NCBI GenBank assembly: GCA_001687465.1
Contig: LVLI01000214.1
Location: 186,001 to 227,032 of the forward strand
Source: Halocafeteria seosinensis
Lineage: Eukaryota
Direction: 5' to 3'
DNA: 41,032 nucleotides
Positions 22,728 to 33,721 of this stretch are shown one piece after another. The position numbers were made by a program, and so were the translations under genes. The notes under the pieces are model-generated. The model searched no databases. It had not been told where the DNA came from and saw only the letters and a list, made by a program, of their open reading frames with translations. Numbering within the stretch: position 1 is the first letter of the stretch; every line of letters begins with the position of its first letter.

Positions 22728-23849
22728 ATGAGCTGTGCAAAGCCTGATGAGGAAACGCCGCAAAGGAGCAGCAACGCCAGCGACATAGAAATTCCCCCTA
22801 CTCTAATAAAGCGCATGGTGGATTATCATAACAACACTGGTGGCCATGTACACGAAAGTGGAAACTTATTAGATCTTCTTTGTCTGGGAGAATCCTGCGC
22901 TGTCTGTCTGCGAGAGTTCAGCTCGAGAGGCGAAGAAATCGGAATGGCGAGAAACTGCGGACACATCTTCTGCTTCAATTGTATAAGGAAATGGACGAGA
23001 ATATCTCCCACTTGCCCACTGTGCAAACAATCCTTAGAAACGGTTGTGTTAAAACTGTTTGACGACTTGTGTATGACAGTGTTTGACACAAAACTAAGAA
23101 GTACGAGGTCGAAAGCGACGTTGCATCCCAGAAGAAAACTCATTTACCTGTATGGACTCAGCCCGACGAAAACTGACGACATACGAGTGAAAAAGCGGCG
23201 ACTCCCTCCTGGGGTAATCCGCCACCCTTCTGCGGCGAAACTAAGAGAATGGGTAACGAGAGATATTGAAGCCGTATTTCAAACGGACCGCTCGGAGCTG
23301 AGCGTGATACTCGATGGTGTTTTTAATGCGCTGGAACAAGAGGGGACTAGGTCGAGTCGAATTGAACAAGCGCTTGCTTCTGCCCTACCAATTACACCCT
23401 CACATTTTTTGGAGGAGTTGGAATTCTTTCTGGGAGAAGGAAAAAGCATGTTTGACTACGATCGCCACGTTCAATACCAGTCTTCCCGGGCTGCTGGTCA
23501 CCAGCAGCCAACTAATGCTTTATTGTTGGCGACTTCTTTAGCACATTTATCTCCAACAAGTTGCAGCTGGAGAGAGGCTTCTACTAGCAGAGAATCGTCC
23601 GTAGCTAGGACTCGAGAAGGTTCGAGAGAACTAACTAATGGTCCTTACAAGAGGATCATTCTACATTATACAGATGGACGTAGTCGCAAGCGATCGAAGA
23701 GCGCCAAAGCCATAGACGGTAATTCGTCCGATTTGGCTCCTGACAGTCGACAGCATTCCAAAGACTCGAAGGATGTGCAAGCACAGCGGCTCCAACAACG
23801 GCTAAGAAATTACGAAACGGTCCTCAAAAGACTAAAACGGACCTTCTGA
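22728..23849 (+). CDS. C3HC4 RING E3 ligase, Topors-like
   Basis: CAVC...CGHIFCFNCI..W....CPLCK, followed by RRKLIY..GL, LREWVTRDI and HFLEELEFFL...MFDYDRHVQY, resembling the Topors post-RING domain. Confidence 0.8.
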   Translation: MSCAKPDEETPQRSSNASDIEIPPTLIKRMVDYHNNTGGHVHESGNLLDLLCLGESCAVCLREFSSRGEEIGMARNCGHIFCFNCIRKWTRISPTCPLCKQSLETVVLKLFDDLCMTVFDTKLRSTRSKATLHPRRKLIYLYGLSPTKTDDIRVKKRRLPPGVIRHPSAAKLREWVTRDIEAVFQTDRSELSVILDGVFNALEQEGTRSSRIEQALASALPITPSHFLEELEFFLGEGKSMFDYDRHVQYQSSRAAGHQQPTNALLLATSLAHLSPTSCSWREASTSRESSVARTREGSRELTNGPYKRIILHYTDGRSRKRSKSAKAIDGNSSDLAPDSRQHSKDSKDVQAQRLQQRLRNYETVLKRLKRTF

Positions 23850-24209
23850 GTGGGTAGCATGGTCCGTGGGTGGGAATGTCGTTGAATGAACTGTGCTTAG
23901 GAGTATTTTATTTGGAGAAAAAAGGCGTGGGAGCACTGGACGTGAAGTTGCACAGCGAGAAATTGTGTAATATTGCTAACTGAGGGCAGGCACACCATAT
24001 TCATTTTAGACCATAGTGAGAGTTGTACAAGGTAACTATGTTGTCTGGACACGTTTCCTGCAGTGTTGGTTGATGCAGGGTGAAACGCATTTGCAAGTTT
24101 TGGAGGAATCTTCTTGCCGTAAACGTTGTACTGTAAAAAACTTCTTGATGTGGGCTGCTCAGTACTTAGAGATGACGTGCCACTTCACGTGACCATGCGA
24201 ATTGCCTAA

Positions 24210-25822
24210 TCAGAGGAGTTCAGCGATTTCTTCTGTTTTCAAATCCCACGGAGCTATCGTGTCCGGTGGTTTGGTGTCAGGGTCTCTCATAAACACCTGT
24301 ACATTCCTAGAGAAAATGCTATCTTTTTCGTACCGATTCGCACTTTCTCGAACTTTTGAAGTTTCTTCAGTGTCTTGAGTAAACCCGTGCTTCTTCAACA
24401 AGCGTAGAACATAAGAAGCCGGTTGCTCATTAAAATGGCCGGTGCCACCTTGGCCAGGTGGAGCCCATGATATGACGACCCCTTTCCTAGCATGTCTCAA
24501 AATATTTCGAATATAGGTGTCTTCAAACTCCTGTGGAAGATGTTCTGCCACCTCGATGCTCATTACCCAATCAAAGACTCCGATATCTGAGCGTATCCTT
24601 AGCGGCCTGGCGAGATTCGCATACCGTACAAATCCATTCGTAACTTCCTCTACCAGAAGTCCGCCGTCGTATGGGACCATGGACCTCGGACGGTTGTCTC
24701 CATGCTCGAGCATGTACTGTGAGTAAGTTCCCGCTCCTGCCCCCATATCAGCTACAGTCTCCCCTCTAAACAGATTTTGTCCCAGGTATTCTGCCATGCC
24801 TTTATTCATGTAACTTTGTCGTTGTTTCGGATTAAGCTTTTTAGGCGCGCACCACGCTCCCCAAGAAACATAGATGCCGTTGCGGCTTTTCTGGCACATG
24901 CATTCCCCATGCAACCTCTCTACTTGAGCAACCCGATGCTCAGCATGCAACATGAGAGAGGATAGGCCATTCAAGTAGCGAGTCATCTTGGCAACATCCT
25001 CCATGGGTAAATCGTTCAAGCGGTTCGCTAGAGCATTCATTTTTTGGGGTATGTTGGTCGAAACCAGCGGCTCTATTTTGTCTTGGGGACATTTCAGGGA
25101 CACATAATTCCGCACGATCTTGTTCATCTCTTCTGTATGCTTCGCCGCCACTCTAATCAATGTTTTTATCACGGTGTCAATAGTAGCGCGATTTATGGAT
25201 TTAAAGTCAAAGTCTAGTATGTTCTCGTCGCCACGTAGAAAGGCAGCTAAGTTCCCGGGCAATGTGTCCCGTTGGTCTCCATTCAAGGGCGTTGCACTTT
25301 CTGCCTCCAAATCAATTTCGCTCTTGGCCGTTTCTTTCCTTGATCTATGATCCTCCTTGATGGGGAATACTTGCTTAACTCTTTGTATAGCACCCTCAGC
25401 TCCGTTCATGCAAGCCGAGTACATACGAATTGATTGGCATATCTCATGGGGTGTGTACTGAGACGAATACTTGTGCTCCCCGAAGTTCCCGCGATTCCTA
25501 GCAGCGCAGATTTCATGACAAACAAAAGCATATGCCTGTTCATATCCATGGACGCACGCTTCCCTCTGCAAAGTCGAAGATTTGTGTTGTAAATGCCATG
25601 GTTGCTGCAATAGTTCTCTGAACCACTTACCCCAGCGCCTTGAGTATCGTTAGCGTAGTGCCCACAAATTTGTTCTCTGTGATTTGGGAGTAGACTACAC
25701 TTAGAGGCACAAGATACTATGCTCTCGTTTTTAACTAGCTTTGCCAGAGTTTTTGGAGGATACAAACTTAGCCACCCCACCAAAATCCCGACCATTGGCA
25801 CTGCGAATGAGTGTGTTCTCAT
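24210..25822 (-). CDS. Secretory-pathway class I SAM methyltransferase with N-terminal EGF-like module; reading frame interrupted near 25560
   Basis: VADMGAGAGTY, FDWVMSIEVAEHLP, ISWAPPGQGGTGHFNEQ. An upstream overlapping frame (ATG 25822) supplies a hydrophobic N-terminus and CSNHG...C. Confidence 0.7.
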
Positions 25823-26733
25823 CTTTTCCCCCGACAAGTTCGAAAGGAGTATCTTGCACAGTCCTGTAAGCTCTCTTCCCTATGGATTTACATTATTAGC
25901 CGGACCGACAAATCTAATTGTTGTTACTATTCTTTTTACGTCTCCAAAACCGTTCCTTGTTGAAAGCTATGCGCTGTGAACATCCCAGGTTGTGACACAA
26001 CTATCATTTAGTAGCGCGTTTTCCAGTTGTTCAATTTGTTCCCGCTGTATCTCTACCATACACATTTCAACAGTCACAAGGGGTTTGGTTATGCGCGTAC
26101 TGCTATAGCATGTTCAGCATGTTGTGGTACTTTCGCCTTGTTATTCCTGGCGTCAGGTCTGGCTACGTGCTAACTCCGCGGACTCCCATGTTGCAGCCAA
26201 CTTGTAGTATTTTCTAAATGCATTCCAGTAGCCTCAACAAGTCAGAACTGTAACTGGACAATGAAGCTCAACAGTGTTGAGTCAGCACATCGGACCACGT
26301 GCTCTTGTATAGTCGGTAGCAGGTTGACCATAATCAATGGTATCACATGACAAGTTCTGTTTTGTGTGTGGGTGTTTTTGTGCGATGTGAGCCTCACAGC
26401 ATCCTAGGTACAACATACCCCATGTGCAGTGCTATATTATTCAGACTTAAAGAAACTCGGGACGTCTCCCAAAGAGTCTTTCCCCATGTACATTACTCTT
26501 CTCTCCCCGTGATAACGCTGCTGCTGAACACAGAATTCTTCAGACCGCGGGGCCAGCCTTACGCTTGCTCGGCGTTGAAACAACGTTATAGGGGAGTGAT
26601 CCCCAAAATGCCCTGTGCAAACTTGGCGATATAATACGTTACCACTGGTACTGAAATCGCCACCGGAAACGAATAGCGGTGTACCGTATTCCATACTTGT
26701 GTTGACTCGTCTGGCCCCATCAGGCGAATCCCA

Positions 26734-27750
26734 TTACGCAATATTGTCCGTAGGGCATCCGAGTTTTCTTTGCATAATTTCCTTGCTAATTATATCGGGA
26801 ACGCATTTCGCATAGGATCTATAGCAGACTTGCCCATTGGATGTTAAAGATACGTGAGAAACCATAATCTCGGAAGGAGTGAAGAAAGAGACAGGAACAT
26901 ATCGTTTAGCGAAAGATTTCCGCCACATGCTTTCCGAGTTTCCGTAATCAGAATTGACCAGTTCCCTGTCGAGGATCACTTCAAAAAACGCCGCGGCTGC
27001 TCTCATGCTCTTAAAGATAGCAAATTTGTCGTTGTATCCACCCGAGGCCCTGCACGAGGGCATTACAGCCTCCGCACCCTTGAAAGAAGAGTACAACGGA
27101 TGCTGCTTGAAGTACACATTGTCCGTTCTTGTTCTGACGTAGTATGTATAATTAGAATGAAACCGCGCAGCGTGGAAACCTCTGAGTATGTTATGGTACA
27201 TCATCAAATTTCGTACCCACAAGCCTTGCGGAGAGTTCTTCAGAGGAGAACTGGCTTTCAAGTTGTATTCCCTCTGAAGAAATTGAAACGAGGGAGCTGG
27301 CTCAATCTTGTACTCAACAATATTGGCGCCTACTTTCCGTGCGCATTCTCGAAAATATTTTTCCTGTCTGGAGATGCGCTCCACATTTCGAGAAACGCCC
27401 ATACCATGCTGGTCCACAGTTCTTAGCAGGTGCACAGAAGGCTGACTTTGCATTACCATAAAAACGTCGACCTTGAAGCCCATTTTTACATGAGGGGATA
27501 TTACATGGTTCATCAGTGAATTAGTGGCGACCTCCACTAGGCGAGTATCCATACCGCTTACAATGATGGCAACTGATTCATTAGGACGCTTTATTTGCTC
27601 AGCCACTGGTTCGCCCTTATTTCGCATGGTCTCATAGACACCTTTTTCTTTAAATGTCACTATTTTCGCCGTTGCATGTTCTGGAAAGCAAGTCATTGCC
27701 TCCAGAATGACGGTAATCGTCACGTAAAGCATAGCACATCTGGAACACAT
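26734..27750 (-). CDS. Putative secreted/Golgi glycosyltransferase-like protein
   Basis: N-terminal hydrophobic signal; VAIIVSG..R, VDVF, YYVRTRTD and GGYNDKFAI motifs typical of an algal/viral GT-A-like family; no intron evident. Confidence 0.6.
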   Translation of the reverse strand: MCSRCAMLYVTITVILEAMTCFPEHATAKIVTFKEKGVYETMRNKGEPVAEQIKRPNESVAIIVSGMDTRLVEVATNSLMNHVISPHVKMGFKVDVFMVMQSQPSVHLLRTVDQHGMGVSRNVERISRQEKYFRECARKVGANIVEYKIEPAPSFQFLQREYNLKASSPLKNSPQGLWVRNLMMYHNILRGFHAARFHSNYTYYVRTRTDNVYFKQHPLYSSFKGAEAVMPSCRASGGYNDKFAIFKSMRAAAAFFEVILDRELVNSDYGNSESMWRKSFAKRYVPVSFFTPSEIMVSHVSLTSNGQVCYRSYAKCVPDIISKEIMQRKLGCPTDNIA

Positions 27751-28963
27751 TCTTCCCTATCCATCACCGCTATAGAGCCACACACGCAGTTAATGAATCA
27801 ATTATCAAAGCTTTGCCAAATAAAAGACAGCAGTGCGTTAAATATCCCATAAAATTTGCAGTTTAAGTAGGGCGCTGCGCCGGCGGGCAGTAGTACCTTT
27901 ACTACCCCAACTCTGCGATGCTCAGTAGAGACGGGTTCCTCGATATCTCGATTGCTTAGTGGATAATACTGTTTTCCTTTGAGGAGGAAATAATACTAAT
28001 TAACATAACATATAATGGTACACGACACTACAATAACTTTGTTGCCGGAGGTTGTGAAGCAACGGGCCCCAAAGCCAGTGGGCCAAAGGCCTTAAGGATC
28101 GGGTAGGATCCAGGAGCGGCAATACGGGAGGACGCCGGCGAAACTTTATACACTGAGTGAGCCCCAATAGTAGCAAAAGCAACACTGAGCAGGTATGTCA
28201 TTGATTAAAAGCTTGAAACCGCAGACTCAAGGAAAAGCAACATCTGATCTGAACATCAGTGTCAGTCTGTCAGTTTTAAAGAAATTCCAAGCAGTACTGG
28301 AGACTATTAGCATAAGCACATTCGAATTCAATGACAAGCGGGTGTACATCTGCATTTTCTTAGAATCCCTAGGATTGTGAGCCCAAACAATAATACCGAA
28401 TTCAGTGTACCTCTGCGTACATAGCATCGTTTCAAATCGATTCGTTTGATGTTAGTTGGAGCGCGGTGATGTAGTGTTGTCTCGATAGCGCAAGCTAAGT
28501 GTCTTAACTTGTTATCGAATTGGACTGCCAAGGCTGAACAACCGTTGAATGCAATCTGTGTAGGCTGATCTAGATTCCAGGTCGCAAGTCGTTCCGGTGT
28601 TGTGGAATACCCCAACGGAGAGGTTCGGTACCAACTATGAAATCCATTCTGTCGTAGTCAATCACTATTGTTGTTATTGGTGGCGAGTTTTTGTAGACCC
28701 AGTTTTCCAATTACGTGGATTAGAAGAGAGAAATCAGGAAGAACTACTAAGATAGTACAGTAGTTTGGTCGGCTCAAGTGCCGGGCAGGCTGGATTAACC
28801 TGTTAACAACGCTTGATCATCCGCTTAGGAACTGTAACGATAGATATCGCTGTATCATTTATATTCGGCATCCCTCTTCGCATTTTTCAAGGGAGTCTAG
28901 AAACGAAGTGGAGGCTTGTACAAGCGTTGAGATCGCAAGTTGCGACACAGGCAATTAACAGCG

Positions 28964-31374
28964 ATGGAGAGACTGCATTTTCACTCCTCCACTGGGGAGG
29001 AGGATGAGCACTACGAGTTAAAGCCCCTCAATTCTGAATCAGATATCATGCAAGAGCTGAAACCCGAGAATACAAGAGGCTTTACTGAGAAAGCATATGG
29101 AACAAGCGCTTCAACGGTTGGAGGTAAGCTAGACTCCGTGCCTTTAAGTGCTTGGTTCTTTCTGTTTAATGCGCTTTCGTGGCATAACACTATCCAGGTG
29201 CTCCACGAGAATCTGTGAATTTTGGTCAGTCTTCGACTTCGACGACATACGATCCCAGTAAACCTGGTATAAAGAGCCTGGCGTTGGCGAAAGAAGCCAG
29301 AGAGCAAGAGAAGAACGACAGGATTGCGCAGCTGGAAGCGGATCTTAAAATGGCAACAAATAGTCGAGACAGGGCGTTGCAATCACTACGAAACGCTCAA
29401 GATGTAAAATCGGCAGCCATTTCACTACTGAAAGCACATAAGAGCGAACTAAACAAGCAACAGCAATCGGATCCGTTGGCATGGTCCCGGGCTCTTGAGC
29501 ATGCTCAGCAATTCATACAGAGAGTAGAGAATGTGCTTTCCGGAGACGGGCAACGAACACTAACTAGGCATGAAAACGCTATGAAAAAAGTGTGTGATGC
29601 CATGAACGAACTACGGTCGAGTGTCGCCAAGATGGAGGCCGTAGTAGCATCCAGTACCAATGCTAATTGTGAAAAGCAAGATCTTGACAAGGAGGCGATG
29701 GCAAAAGAGATAGACATGCTTCGTGCAGAAAATGCGTCCCTCCGTGAAAGGAACGCTCTTGTTGATTTCAATTCGGAAGATTACCATTCCATTCATTACG
29801 CGACCGACGTACACACGCAGCTGCGACAGCGGTCAGCGCAGCTCGCTGCCACCAAATCGCAATTACATCGTTCTCAGCAGACGACAAAGACACTAGTGGC
29901 TACAATACGACAGATGTTTCCTGATCAAAGTCATAAATCGGATAAAGAAATAATTGAAAATTCGGAACGCGATGCTAGTCCGGCGCTTGGGTACGGCGGA
30001 AACGACCCTCCAAGAAATCGTTCCTTGCAGGGCTCATCAGGTGGTACAATGCAGCTTCCCTCAGAAACCGCCAGTCACCTTCAACGCTTGGCCCAATCTA
30101 CGTCGCTAAAGAGACAAACTTCGCTGAAACAGCTCTTTGAGGACTTTAGCATTGTACCTATTAGGAAACCGAAAAGGTCTACTACGCAGAGGGGAAAAGC
30201 GCTACCACCAGTTGCCTCCTCCTCCTCTTCTAGTCCTTTGGCCAATCAGAAGATGAGAGAGAACAAAAGTTCTAAGACTCGTGAAAATACCGGTAAAAAT
30301 CAAGAAGTACTCCAAGAGCAAATCAATGTTCTCGCCGATGAGGTTGTTCGTCTGTGTTACTTATTGGGAAGGGCTGAAGTTCAATCTGCACAAGAAGCTG
30401 AGAAAAACAAAGCTCAAACTGAAAAAAAGAGTAAGAAAAAGTCTAAGACTCAGGGAGTTTGTCTGCGATGGAAACGGGAGATGGAAGAAAGGTTGGAGAC
30501 CATTGAGGCTTGCTTCGGCGAAAGCTCTTCTGCTGTTCTAAGTGTACTTAGTATTGCTCAGGATTCATTGAGAATGATCACTGGGCACTGTGCTGAGGCA
30601 GAAAATCGGTTGTCAGCGAAGACGGATTCAGTTTCAACGGAAAACCAGCAACTCCGTGACAAAATCGCGAAGCTAGAGCGTGTGCTACACCAACTTCGAA
30701 AACCTAGTACCACTGAACATGATGGAAGAACCCACTCTCGATCCCAACTCTCAGAGAAGAAGAGCTATCATAGTGTACTGAAGAAGCCTTCTGAATCTAG
30801 CATGAAATCGTCCCCATTGAGAAGTACAAAATCCTTCGCTAGTCCCGCACCGCTCTCAGAGACTAAAAGCTCGTCTGTCCACCCTCCTCAGAAACTTGAA
30901 TTTGAAGACGGAAACGCTGACCCCAGCATCAACAAACTCGGATCCAATAATGCTAGCACAAGAAGTAAGTGAGTTCAATGCGTGTTGGTTTTTCTTGGTC
31001 TTTGATATCCTTCCTCTTCAGCCTCAGAATCAGGAGGCTATTCAGACAGGGAGAATGCATTCAACGGTAGTCCGACATACAGCGAAGATACGCCGAACCA
31101 GACTCTGACGGAGCACATTTCGACAGCCGCTAGCCATGTAGATGATGGAACGTCATATCGTCTCAATGAGATACGCAGGGAAGGAGAGCAGCTCCTTCCA
31201 GAGTTGAAGCAGTGGGAGAATGACTTTCACGAAGCATATGGCCGAAACCCCACTCAGTCGGAAAAGTTCAGCGGTCCGCTTGGAAGAAAATACGAGCGCT
31301 TTAAGGAACTGGCAAAAGAGATGAAAGAGGTCAAGTGCGACTCAAATTCTCAGGAACTGGAGAACGCCTCATGA
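28964..31374 (+). CDS. Coiled-coil protein with C-terminal Sld2/RECQL4-N (FAM13-like) motif; introns 29124-29197 and 30965-31021
   Basis: GT-AG introns join ORF 28940, ORF 29215-30972 and an unlisted last exon encoding ELKQWENDFHEAYGRNPTQSEK...KYERFKEL; stop TGA 31372-31374. Confidence 0.75.
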
Positions 31375-33286
31375 GTTAATGTAGCAATCAATTTGAATCG
31401 AAGGCACTTCGTATTCCTCTAAGTCGTCATCCTCAATTAATGTAGACAGCTTTGCTTCCGAGCTAATCGTCTCGTCGTCAATCTGGCATTTGATCTTCTC
31501 AGTGGGAACTTCCCATTTCTCACTTGCCAGAGACAGCACGTCTTCCACCGTGTCATTCTGCAGTTACCCCGATGATGTACGACTTCAGCAGGAAACAGCT
31601 AATTAACGCAATGCCGACTTACTTTGTTAAAGCGTTGCTCCATAGGACGTTTGCCTTGCGCTTTAAGCGTCACCGAAACACGTTCAGTCTGAGGGAGCTT
31701 GTCCGGTCCTGTTGTTGCAGACACTTCGCTATGGGGACGCTCTGCTGTTGTAACCTTCGCTGCTCTTTCTTCTGATGCATAAGAGCATTCGATTTCTAGC
31801 GTCGCCTCTTGCCCACGTAGGCTCTGCTGGGGCAGTAAATACATGAGGGGATGAATTTGGGATATGTGATTACCGTTGAGGCGACAAATAATATCGATTG
31901 ATGGCACTCCCCACTCTGTGGCAGCGTATTTTACTGGCTCTTCTAATGAGCTTTTCTGGAATAATGCAAGAAGGAAAGCAATAAGAATATACACAATGCA
32001 TGTATGCTCGCCAACTACTTACTGCATAACACGTTCTGGTGGCCTCCCTTCCGTACGGATTTCGCAGCGTAATGACCACTGTGGGCAGAGCTTCTCCAGA
32101 TGTTGCCGTCTCCTCCTCGTCAAGAGATCTACTTAGCAGTAGAGACCGTGTGCTAAGATCTCTGGCGTCCCATTCATTGAACAATGTTGAGTTACAATAT
32201 GAGCCCAAAGTTGATGCGCAAAACCAAACTTACTGCTGACGAAGCCGGTATTTCATCGGGGTCTTTATGTTCGGTTCATATGCCTCAGCAGCATCATCCT
32301 CGATACCCACGTCGATGTCTTCGTCATCGTCGTCATCATCATCGTATCTCCTCCTTTTCTTCGGTTGCTCTGCAAACAAACTAATGGTGCATTCATTAAC
32401 AGATGACCGACGTTTATTGTGCTATGGTTTCGTACCCGGAGCAGCTCTTTGCTGCGCAGCTTCTGCCGCTTGGTCTTGAACTTCCTGATTCTGTTTGCTC
32501 GGGGTGTGTCGCTTCCTCGCTAACGCTGCAATGTAAACGCTGAATGAAGAGTAAACCAGTTTGGTCATATCAGGTACAGGAGTTCACCTAACCTTCTTGT
32601 ACTTTCTGTTTTGAGGGTGGCCGTTTCCACCCCTTGGCGTACGCTCTCGCCAGGAAAGTTTCTTCTGATACATCTTGGTTTGGATCCACTTTGGTGGCTT
32701 TTTGAGCTTCCTGCTGTTCGATTTCTTCTGTAGTCAGCACACGAACGCAGCAGGATATCCTTAGTGGCATATGATAACGAATTCTCGTGTACATACTGGC
32801 TTTGTCTCCCCAGGTTTGCTCAAATAACTTGGCATTATACTCGGCTTCATCGAAGTCACTATCACTGCTATCATCACCATCTTCCTCATCTTCCGGGACC
32901 TTCTCCTTTTCAATCTTGGAGGATTGACTGTCTCTAGACTGTGGGATAGTGGCTGCTGTTTCGGCTGCAATCTTAGTGGTAGCTGGTTTAGTAACTGGAG
33001 CTCGTTCTCCTTGTTTGGAAATTGTTTCTCCAGAAGGGGGCTCCATTGCGGTGGTAGTCCTTTCCTCCTTGGCTGTACCCGTAGCACTAGCTCCTTTAGA
33101 GACCACCTTGGGCGTCGTGCCGTTCCACGCTTGCTCGGGGGTGATGTTCGGAGTGGGGGTATTGGTGGTGGAGCTCCCCTCCTTCGTTATAGTGGCGGAT
33201 GTGGTCTTGGAGGCTTGCGCTGTCTCAGCAGTCGCCTTTCTGGCAGACGCAGAGGAGCTATTGACTTGCTTCCCTCGGGTTTTCAT
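31369..33286 (-). CDS. Protein with low-complexity N-terminus and two C-terminal SUMO/ubiquitin-like domains (Rad60/Esc2/NIP45-like), multi-exon
   Basis: Introns 31956-32022 and 31558-31622 give two repeated units: VVITLRNPYGREATRTCYAKSSLEEPVKYAATEWGVPSIDIICRLNG and VSVTLKAQGKRPMEQRFNKNDTVEDVLSLASEKWEVPTEKIKCQIDDETI...IQIDC; further introns upstream. Confidence 0.6.
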
Positions 33287-33721
33287 GCTACTGGAGTGAC
33301 AATAGAAATGATATTCTCTTCAGTATACCATGCGACATGTATGTATTCGCCGTATACAGGACATAAAGGGCGTCCGTTTGAAACTCAACGATGTTTTTGA
33401 AGGGTATTGCAGATCCTTGTTCGGATTGTAATTCAAAGGGAATTTTACTTCACTCTCTTTCTTGTTTTGTATCAGAAACAAGTTGTAATTTCTCTGACAA
33501 TCGTTTCAGTGTAGAATAAACCATGTTATAGCGCATATCTAAGGGTTTTGGGCGACTCTTGGGTCAGGTATTCGTGCCAAGGACCCTTACAGCATTGTAA
33601 TTGGGTTTTCAGGGGTTGTGTTTAGCCAACCGCGCAACCAAACGTAGTTTCTTAGGGCAATGCTTTCCCATCCCTACAAGTGAGATGTGGTCTCGTCACG
33701 TGCGCTAGTTGTGTTAACAAT

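Noticed and set aside
28000..28800. Fragmentary minus-strand ORFs
   Set aside because: Could not be joined into a gene; possibly a relic, but unsupported without a search.
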